A stretch of 64,000 nt of DNA, taken from assembly GCA_045606105.1 (NCBI GenBank), contig JAZURI010000005.1, positions 14,620 through 78,619 on the forward strand, written 5' to 3'. Positions 1-7,104 of this stretch are shown piece after piece. The notes below the pieces were generated by a model. That model saw only the letters and a program-made list of their open reading frames with translations. It was not told the DNA's origin and did not search any database. Origin of the DNA: Spirochaetia bacterium (GTDB lineage: Bacteria; Spirochaetota; Spirochaetia; CADAEX01). The number at the start of each line of letters is the position of its first letter. The stretch's first letter is position 1. Made by a program: the position numbers and the translations under genes.

Positions 1-1535
1 CTTGGAGGAGATGTGAGCTTGTTGAGTACAGGCAGCGGAGGCTCTCTGAATTCTGTTGTCTTCTTAGGACTCTTGATAAGCTCGTTTCCGTTTACAACCA
101 CGTTTCCGAGGAAGTTCATGAGTCTGGAAGCTCTGTCTCTGTACTGCTTTACAATCTTGAGTTCAGGATGTGCCTGGATGAAGGATGTATCGCACTTTCC
201 GGAAAGGAAGATTGAGTTGGAAACCACGTTCTCGAGGAACGGAATGTTGGTCTTTACACCTCTGATCTTGAACTCTCCGAGAGCTCTCTTCATTACTGTA
301 GCTGCATTCTCGAATGTAAGGGCGTGAGTTGAAACCTTAACCAGGAGAGAGTCGTATGCACCTGTGATAACTGCACCGTTATATACGTTTCCTGCGTCAA
401 GTCTTACACCGTAACCTGCCGGTGACTTGTAGGATTTGATTGTTCCCATGTCAGGAGCAAAGTCGTTTTCAGGATCCTCTGTTGTGATACGGCACTGGAT
501 GGCGTAACCGCGCTTTGTGATAACGCTCTGGTCCTTGATACCGATTTCAGGATCTGTAAGAGCATAACCCTCTGCCACCAGGATCTGTGTACGAACAAGG
601 TCCCAGCCTGTGATAAGCTCTGTAACTGTGTGCTCTACCTGAAGTCTTGGGTTCATCTCGATAAAGTAGAAGTTTTCGTCCTTATCTACAAGGAACTCTA
701 CTGTACCTGCGTTTCTGTATTTAACCTGGCTTGCAATCTTGATTGCGCACTGGCAGAGCTTTTCTCTGAGTTCATCGGAAATTGCAAGTGACGGAGCAAA
801 CTCGATAACCTTCTGATGTCTTCTCTGGATAGAACAGTCTCTTTCAAAGAAGTGAACGATGTTACCGTAATTGTCTCCCATAATCTGGATTTCGATGTGT
901 TTAGGATTTTCCAGATATTTTTCAAGGAAAACAGTGTCATCACCGAATGCAACCTTTGCTTCGCTCTTGGCTGCGGCAATACCTTCCCTGAGCTCCTGCT
1001 GGTTGTTGGCAACTCTCATACCGCGGCCGCCACCGCCTGCTGCTGCCTTGATGATAATCGGATAACCGCACTCCTTTGCAAACTTGAGAGCATCGGCTTC
1101 TGTTTCTATAGGATTTTCAGTTCCCGGAACTACAGGCACACCTGCCTTGATGGCAGCATGTCTTGCCGCAATCTTGTCTCCGAGAGTCTTCTGCTGTTCT
1201 GATGTCGGTCCGATAAATACGATTCCGGCTTCTTCACATCTCTGTGAAAAGTCAGGATTTTCGGAAAGAAATCCGTAACCCGGATGGATAGCATCTACGT
1301 TTTTCTTCTTGGCAAGCTCGATGATTTCATCAATACCAAGATATGCATCAACCGGACTCTTTCCTTTGCCTACAAGATATGATTCATCCGCTTTTGTTCT
1401 GTAAAGCGACAATCTATCTTCATTTGAGTAAATAGCGACAGTCTTAAGACCAAGCTCGCCACAAGCTCTGAATGTCCTGATAGCAATTTCGCCTCTGTTT
1501 GCGGACATTATTTTTTTAAATTCTCTGATAGCCAT
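1..1535 (-). CDS. pyc: Pyruvate carboxylase, N-terminal part (runs off the window start; missing from the ORF track)
   Basis: Manual translation from ATG 1535 (GAGGAG RBS): MAIREFKKIMSANRGEIAIR, HPGYGFLSEN, GGGGRGMR, ERDCSIQRRHQKV, EMNPRLQVEHTVTE, followed by the RDRASRLMNFLGNVVVNG linker typical of PC. Confidence 0.93.
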   Translation of the reverse strand, partial: MAIREFKKIMSANRGEIAIRTFRACGELGLKTVAIYSNEDRLSLYRTKADESYLVGKGKSPVDAYLGIDEIIELAKKKNVDAIHPGYGFLSENPDFSQRCEEAGIVFIGPTSEQQKTLGDKIAARHAAIKAGVPVVPGTENPIETEADALKFAKECGYPIIIKAAAGGGGRGMRVANNQQELREGIAAAKSEAKVAFGDDTVFLEKYLENPKHIEIQIMGDNYGNIVHFFERDCSIQRRHQKVIEFAPSLAISDELREKLCQCAIKIASQVKYRNAGTVEFLVDKDENFYFIEMNPRLQVEHTVTELITGWDLVRTQILVAEGYALTDPEIGIKDQSVITKRGYAIQCRITTEDPENDFAPDMGTIKSYKSPAGYGVRLDAGNVYNGAVITGAYDSLLVKVSTHALTFENAATVMKRALGEFKIRGVKTNIPFLENVVSNSIFLSGKCDTSFIQAHPELKIVKQYRDRASRLMNFLGNVVVNGNELIKSPKKTTEFREPPLPVLNKLTSPP

Positions 1536-1648
1536 GGGACTCCTCACCAATAATTTTTTTTTGGTAATTTATATAATTTTACATAGTAAAACGGATTTTC
1601 GCAATAGCAAACCTGAAAAATGTGATATAATACTTTTAAGGAGAAAAA

Positions 1649-1936
1649 ATGGAAACCCTTGAACAGGCAATAAGAGCCGAAGTGGAAAATATTCCGGCCG
1701 GAAAGATATTCGATTCACATGTGATAATAAAGCTGCTGCTCCAGAAGCACTGCGACTGCTACCTCAGCCAGATGCCGAAAAAGGAGAGCGTGACCACAAA
1801 GACATATCACAGGCAGATAGCCGATATGATCGGAGCCATGGAGGAGCTGGTTGAAGATGCGGGAGATTCCTTTTCCTTCAACATCCACGATACACCGTCG
1901 GTATGCAGATGCTGGAAAAGAAAAAAGCCGGATTAA
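1649..1936 (+). CDS. Hypothetical protein, 95 aa
   Basis: TGATATAAT extended -10 and AAGGAG RBS upstream; no family recognised. Confidence 0.7.
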   Translation: METLEQAIRAEVENIPAGKIFDSHVIIKLLLQKHCDCYLSQMPKKESVTTKTYHRQIADMIGAMEELVEDAGDSFSFNIHDTPSVCRCWKRKKPD

Positions 1937-2199
1937 CGCTTGTACTGTATGCTGCGGGATATTTCCTTCAATGAATAGTCAATGTCGGAAAGCTCCCTGG
2001 CTATGGAGGAAAGACCGCTGGTTACATCGGTAACGAACTGAACATTGCTTTCGCTGTATGTGCCGGTACCGAACATGGCACCCCGGGCCAGAAGGCTGCT
2101 GTCGTGGGCTTTCAGGGAAAGGAACATGTAACCGCCGGCCACCAGAACCAGAACCTTGACTATTTCCACAACCACCAGAACCTTAAGTAATTTTTTCAT
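1933..2199 (-). CDS. Hypothetical small membrane-anchored protein, 88 aa
   Basis: AAGGA RBS; N-terminal hydrophobic helix; 4-bp convergent overlap with the previous ORF. Confidence 0.65.
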   Translation of the reverse strand: MKKLLKVLVVVEIVKVLVLVAGGYMFLSLKAHDSSLLARGAMFGTGTYSESNVQFVTDVTSGLSSIARELSDIDYSLKEISRSIQYKR

Positions 2200-2260
2200 T
2201 TTATATTCCTTATTTTATTTGATAAGACTTTATCATTTCTAAGGCACGGAAACAAGGGAG

Positions 2261-2293
2261 AAAAAAAATGCCGGACAGAGCTGCCCGGCATTT
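2261..2293 (-). terminator. Rho-independent terminator
   Basis: Minus strand AAATGCCGGGCAG-CT-CTGTCCGGCATTT, ending in a T8 tract. Confidence 0.8.
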
Positions 2294-2410
2294 ACCTAAT
2301 GTGATGAATCTACACATACCATGTCAATATTCATGATAACAGGTGTAGGATCCGGAGCCGGTACAGGAGGAACTGTTGCGGCAGAACAAAGTGTACTGTA
2401 TAATAGACTT

Positions 2411-2878
2411 ATGTCTGAGGAAAAAGAATTTTACAAAAACAAAACCTTAGAGGAAATGACCCCGGAAGAATGGGAAATGCTCTGCGACGGATGCGGCAAA
2501 TGCTGTTATAACAAGTATATAACGGGCAGGGGAAAAAACACCAGGCTTTATTATACCAGCGTGAGCTGTAATTTTCTGGATGTCGGAACAGGGCGGTGCA
2601 TGGATTATGAAAACCGGTTCAGGAACAACAGGAACTGCCTGAAACTCTCATTACGCAACCTGAAGGAATTCACATGGCTGCCGGAAACCTGTGCATACAG
2701 GCTGATATATGAAGGAAAGAATCTTCCGGACTGGCATCCTCTGATAAGCGGCATTCCCGTTGCGGAAAATCCGGCGGCCCGGGAATACCTGATAAAAAAC
2801 GGAATCCGCGAATCCGAAGCAGAATACTGGGAAGACCATGTAATAAGCTGCTGCAGGTTGACCGATCTACAACAGTAG
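2411..2878 (+). CDS. ycgN: YcgN family cysteine-cluster protein (UPF0260); start revised from 2321 to 2411
   Basis: KTLEEMTPEEWEMLCDGCGKCC, WLPETCAYRL and LPDWHPLISG motifs; TATAAT 6 nt before ATG 2411; stop codon lies inside the terminal CRISPR repeat. Confidence 0.9.
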   Translation: MSEEKEFYKNKTLEEMTPEEWEMLCDGCGKCCYNKYITGRGKNTRLYYTSVSCNFLDVGTGRCMDYENRFRNNRNCLKLSLRNLKEFTWLPETCAYRLIYEGKNLPDWHPLISGIPVAENPAAREYLIKNGIRESEAEYWEDHVISCCRLTDLQQ

Positions 2879-4328
2879 AAATTTACTTAGAAGTCTAAAC
2901 TAACCCATTTCCTGAAGCCATTCCAATCTACAACAGTAGAAATTTACTTAGAAGTCTAAACGGTGCGGCGTAGTCGTTATCATCCAATCTACAACAGTAG
3001 AAATTTACTTAGAAGTCTAAACGCTCGGTGATAGCCTGGCCGAATTCAATCTACAACAGTAGAAATTTACTTAGAAGTCTAAACAAGTTGTAAAACCCAT
3101 TGACCATTTGATCTACAACAGTAGAAATTTACTTAGAAGTCTAAACGATTTCATAAGCTTCTGATAGTTCATATCTACAACAGTAGAAATTTACTTAGAA
3201 GTCTAAACACGATAGCAATAAACCAATACATCAAAATCTACAACAGTAGAAATTTACTTAGAAGTCTAAACTTTTCTGATATTAGTGATATTATCTATCT
3301 ACAACAGTAGAAATTTACTTAGAAGTCTAAACTTTTCTGATATTACTGATATTATCTATCTACAACAGTAGAAATTTACTTAGAAGTCTAAACAAGTTGC
3401 AAAACCCATTGACCATTTGATCTACAACAGTAGAAATTTACTTAGAAGTCTAAACGAAAGTGGTTAGAATAACAGGCAATTAATCTACAACAGTAGAAAT
3501 TTACTTAGAAGTCTAGACTCTTTATTGGTTTTGACACCATCTTTATCTACAACAGTAGAAATTTACTTAGAAGTCTAAACTCTTGAGCTACTGTCTTCAA
3601 ATCATACATCTACAACAGTAGAAATTTACTTAGAAGTCTAAACCGATTAAGCTCGGCGATTACCCGGTGATCTACAACAGTAGAAATTTACTTAGAAGTC
3701 TAAACAGGTCCAACTTCTACGATGTTCTGCCAATCTACAACAGTAGAAATTTACTTAGAAGTCTAAACGCTCCGCCTCTCAATTCATTGCCTCCATCTAC
3801 AACAGTAGAAATTTACTTAGAAGTCTAAACTTATCTAAATTCAAAGAAGCTTATGAATCTACAACAGTAGAAATTTACTTAGAAGTCTAAACGTGAATAT
3901 ATGTATATGGGAATTAAGATCTACAACAGTAGAAATTTACTTAGAAGTCTAAACCGGCAAAAACTTCAGGTAGAACATCAATCTACAACAGTAGAAATTT
4001 ACTTAGAAGTCTAAACTATAGATTCAAGATATGACTGAAACCATCTACAACAGTAGAAATTTACTTAGAAGTCTAAACCGGCAAAAACCTCAGGTAGAAC
4101 ATCAATCTACAACAGTAGAAATTTACTTAGAAGTCTAAACAGTGTTTCTGTCATTTTTTATCTCCTTATCTACAACAGTAGAAATTTACTTAGAAGTCTA
4201 AACCGAAATCAAGTTCATCTTCCACCTCCTATCTACAACAGTAGAAATTTACTTAGAAGTCTAAACTTCCCGAGGACTGTCTTGCCGTCCGTATCTACAA
4301 CAGTAGAAATTTACTTAGAAGTCTAAAC
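2865..4328 (-). CRISPR. Type V-A CRISPR array: 24 repeats of 36 nt, 23 spacers of 25-27 nt
   Basis: Repeat (minus strand) GTTTAGACTTCTAAGTAAATTTCTACTGTTGTAGAT ends in the canonical Cas12a handle AATTTCTACTGTTGTAGAT; only one variant repeat seen (3483-3518, A>G at 3516). Confidence 0.99.
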
Positions 4329-4434
4329 TCTAACAGTGGGTACAACAGTACCAAAATGGGCTTTTTCTTCAAAGTTTTCAAAGTTAAGCCTATATAAATT
4401 ACTGATTTTTCTCAGTAAGACCATAGGTCTGCAA
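4329..4434 (-). promoter_or_regulatory. CRISPR leader
   Basis: AT-rich 106 bp between the cas2 stop and the first repeat; contains an inverted repeat, a tandem direct repeat and a repeat-like hairpin. Confidence 0.85.
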
Positions 4435-4710
4435 TCAACTGATAAGAAAAATTTCTTTCTCTTCATTCTTTGCATATCCATAACATGTCTTTTTGCAGCT
4501 TTCACTTAATTCAAATATAATAATACTATCTTCTTCTGTAAAGTGTCTTGAATAGATATTTTCTATTTCTGTCTTTATGTTTCTTAAAACGGTTTCGCTA
4601 TTGTGTATCTCAAACACCGAATACTGAAGCCGAAAACCGAATTTAGCCAAAAATTTAGAAAATCGTGTTCTGATTTTATCATTACTTATGTCATAACTTA
4701 CCAGAAGCAT
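4435..4710 (-). CDS. cas2: CRISPR-associated endonuclease Cas2
   Basis: MLLVSYDISNDKIR and GFRLQYSVFEI motifs; adjacent to the array. Confidence 0.97.
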   Translation of the reverse strand: MLLVSYDISNDKIRTRFSKFLAKFGFRLQYSVFEIHNSETVLRNIKTEIENIYSRHFTEEDSIIIFELSESCKKTCYGYAKNEEKEIFLIS

Positions 4711-5681
4711 CAGGTTTCCTCCAGATAAAAAACCGGAAATTCCCCGGCCGGCTTATCCCTCATAAACGCCCTGTAATAGGATTGGATATAAATGAATATT
4801 TCATTTTTATATTCCATCAAGGTCTCCAGGAGTATTCCAATATACTTCTTTGAATTTTTCCAGGGAAGAATATATTGATTCTGATTTTTCCAGAAATCCT
4901 TTTCGTTGACCTGACCAAGATTCAATGTCTTCAATATTGCAGCATCAATAATAGGTCGAAATGGTTCTTCCAGATCACACACCAGAGATTTTCTATGAAA
5001 AAACTGAGTGTGCAGAATTCCCACATAGACATCAAAACCGTACATTTCAAGCAAAGCATTTACTATATTGAATAAAATTGTATAACCTATATCCATCAAT
5101 GTGTTTGTAATGTCATTCTTTACCCTGGGCTGCCGGGCTTTCCAGTTATAATCAGCAAACATAGTCTTAAAATATAATTTTGCACTTACCCCTTCGATTC
5201 CCATTATTTCCTGAACTGACAAACCTGCTTCCAGAACGTCTTTTTCATACTGTTCCAATTTAGCTATGATGATTTTTTCTTCTTCAGTCTTCTTTCGTTT
5301 CTTTTTCAACAAAAATGCCTGATTATGAATTTTGTTTGCAATTACGTGGGAAGCAATTTCTGTCTTATCGTATGCATACTGCTTCTGTCGAAGCAAAACA
5401 TTTCCCTCTGCTTTTGATGGAAGGATTGAAGTAATCCTCAGATTTGGGCTCATGAAAACTATTGTATATCCAAACTTCTTAGATCGATCCAGCAGCCCGC
5501 TTGTCAGACAGAAGTCTCCGCATATGAACAATGCAAACAACCGGTAACAGGTTGATTGATGTTTTATTTTTCCATCTCTGTCAGTTACTATAAAGTTATC
5601 GTTCTTGAAACTCAGCTTTTCTCCGTCCGATGTAAATACAAAAGCAATCTGCTTATGCTCAAAATCTCTTGTACTCATCAT
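4710..5681 (-). CDS. cas1: Type V CRISPR-associated endonuclease Cas1
   Basis: MGIEGVSAKLYF, NTLMDIGYTILF, GILH, SLVCDLEEPFRPIID. Confidence 0.97.
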   Translation of the reverse strand: MMSTRDFEHKQIAFVFTSDGEKLSFKNDNFIVTDRDGKIKHQSTCYRLFALFICGDFCLTSGLLDRSKKFGYTIVFMSPNLRITSILPSKAEGNVLLRQKQYAYDKTEIASHVIANKIHNQAFLLKKKRKKTEEEKIIIAKLEQYEKDVLEAGLSVQEIMGIEGVSAKLYFKTMFADYNWKARQPRVKNDITNTLMDIGYTILFNIVNALLEMYGFDVYVGILHTQFFHRKSLVCDLEEPFRPIIDAAILKTLNLGQVNEKDFWKNQNQYILPWKNSKKYIGILLETLMEYKNEIFIYIQSYYRAFMRDKPAGEFPVFYLEET

Positions 5682-6263
5682 CTAAAAGCCTCCGTTATAT
5701 TCCTTGGGAGCTAAAGGTCGGTCGCAGAAATCATTATAAATACATTTTTTACATTTTTCTTCATTCTGGGGAACAAATGCATTCATATCAAAATTCTGCA
5801 TTGCTTTGTTTGTTGCTTTAAACTTTTCAAACATCTGAACATCATCTTCCGGTAAAGGAACCGGATAAACTTTGTTATCGTCGCTGGAATAAAATCTAAG
5901 TTGTTTTACAGTATATCCCATCTCTCTGAGACAAAGGCACTGGGCATACAGTTGAAAAACGTATCCGTCATAAATTGTTTCAATATGCTTTTTTCGTTCT
6001 GTAAGTAATCCTTTTTCAATATCAAAAATATCTATTTTACCGCATAATTTATATTCATCAGAATAAATATCCAGACCTTGTAGAATATTTTTATGGGTAG
6101 AATACCGTTTTTCATCTATAGCCTCATGAGCAGCTTTCCCGTCAAGCTGGGCAGAACCATAGTATAGCCGTTCGGAAAGACTGCCGTAAAGCTGATGATA
6201 ATAAATGGAAAGAGGACAGAATATGAAATCATTCAAATAACTAATTCTTAGGTAAAGTTCCAT
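5682..6263 (-). CDS. cas4: Type V CRISPR-associated protein Cas4
   Basis: ISYLNDFIFCP, RecB-like GKID..ERKK..QLYAQ, C-terminal CKKC..FC Fe-S ligands. Confidence 0.96.
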   Translation of the reverse strand: MELYLRISYLNDFIFCPLSIYYHQLYGSLSERLYYGSAQLDGKAAHEAIDEKRYSTHKNILQGLDIYSDEYKLCGKIDIFDIEKGLLTERKKHIETIYDGYVFQLYAQCLCLREMGYTVKQLRFYSSDDNKVYPVPLPEDDVQMFEKFKATNKAMQNFDMNAFVPQNEEKCKKCIYNDFCDRPLAPKEYNGGF

Positions 6264-7104
6264 TTTCAGGCTCTTGGTTTACTAAATAATTTTCTGAAGA
6301 AATTACTGAATGCCCCAACTCCTTTTCTGTCTGCTTCCGGGCAATTCCTGCAACATTTCCGCCGCGGCTTGCAACTTTTTTGTTTTCATTAAAAGTTTCC
6401 GGTTTTTCCTGCTGCGAAATCTCTGTTGTAACACGCTCCCCAAGCATGGTAAAAATCAACTCCAGGTCTGTCATGTGATCACGCAGATTCTGATTTTTTT
6501 TAGTTAAACCTTTATATGTCTTATATTCAGAAGGTGTCAGTCCAAAAGTCGCTTTTGAAATTTCTGCTGTTAGAATCGCAAAATCTTTTTCTTTTGTAAT
6601 TCCACGCTCTTTCCATTCATCAGTTAAATTTTGACGAATTGCAATTCCTCGTAACCGTTTATCTATCCAATCTTTTGGGTAACCTTTTTTCTCGTAAAGC
6701 TCTTTCATTCTTTCTTGAGAAAGTTCTGGATTTTCAATTTCTTGTATGCGTTCATATCCAACTTGCGCAAGCCATTGCTTAAAAGGTTCAGCCTTTGGAG
6801 ATGGGATAGATTGAATTATACGAAGAATAGATTTTACATTGGCTGAAAGAGTCTTTCTTTTTACCCCGGCTGCAGTATACATTTCTACCTGGGGACAATT
6901 TGTCCCCAGGAAACTTCCGAGACTTTCATCTCTTTTTCTTAATTTTTTCAAATAATCTGTAGGATTTACGCTTTCTGTCAGAACTCCTACAACATCAACA
7001 ACAGAAAAATACCACTGTTCTTCTTCTTCATTCCAAACAGACCGGATTTTACCATCCTGAAAGATTTTAATATGTTGCAAAGATTTTTCAGAATTATTTT
7101 GCAT
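6241..7104 (-). CDS. Bro-N domain (phage antirepressor-like) DNA-binding protein embedded in the cas operon; likely start 7104 (287 aa)
   Basis: IRSVWNEEEEQWYFSVVDVVGVLT, LRIIQSIPSPKAEPFKQWLAQVGYERIQEIENPE and NLRDHMTDLELIF motifs of the Bro-N family. Confidence 0.88.
   Translation of the reverse strand: MQNNSEKSLQHIKIFQDGKIRSVWNEEEEQWYFSVVDVVGVLTESVNPTDYLKKLRKRDESLGSFLGTNCPQVEMYTAAGVKRKTLSANVKSILRIIQSIPSPKAEPFKQWLAQVGYERIQEIENPELSQERMKELYEKKGYPKDWIDKRLRGIAIRQNLTDEWKERGITKEKDFAILTAEISKATFGLTPSEYKTYKGLTKKNQNLRDHMTDLELIFTMLGERVTTEISQQEKPETFNENKKVASRGGNVAGIARKQTEKELGHSVISSENYLVNQEPENGTLPKN

Noticed and set aside
13-1278. Multiple short ORFs in the first 1.3 kb
   Set aside because: All are alternate frames of the pyruvate carboxylase gene that runs off the window
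2321-2410. N-terminal extension of ycgN
   Set aside because: Family homology starts at ATG 2411, which has a -10 box just upstream
3147-3856. Shared 12-mer TCATAAGCTTCT between spacers 3147-3172 and 3831-3856 on opposite strands
   Set aside because: Flanks do not match, so they are not overlapping protospacers; plausibly chance in AT-rich sequence
2901-4292. Self-targeting spacers within the window
   Set aside because: No full-length match noticed by eye; not exhaustive, needs blastn
4329-4434. tracrRNA/scoutRNA for the effector
   Set aside because: The effector is clearly Cas12a with a self-processing handle, and there is no extended anti-repeat; only the short mimic hairpin reported above
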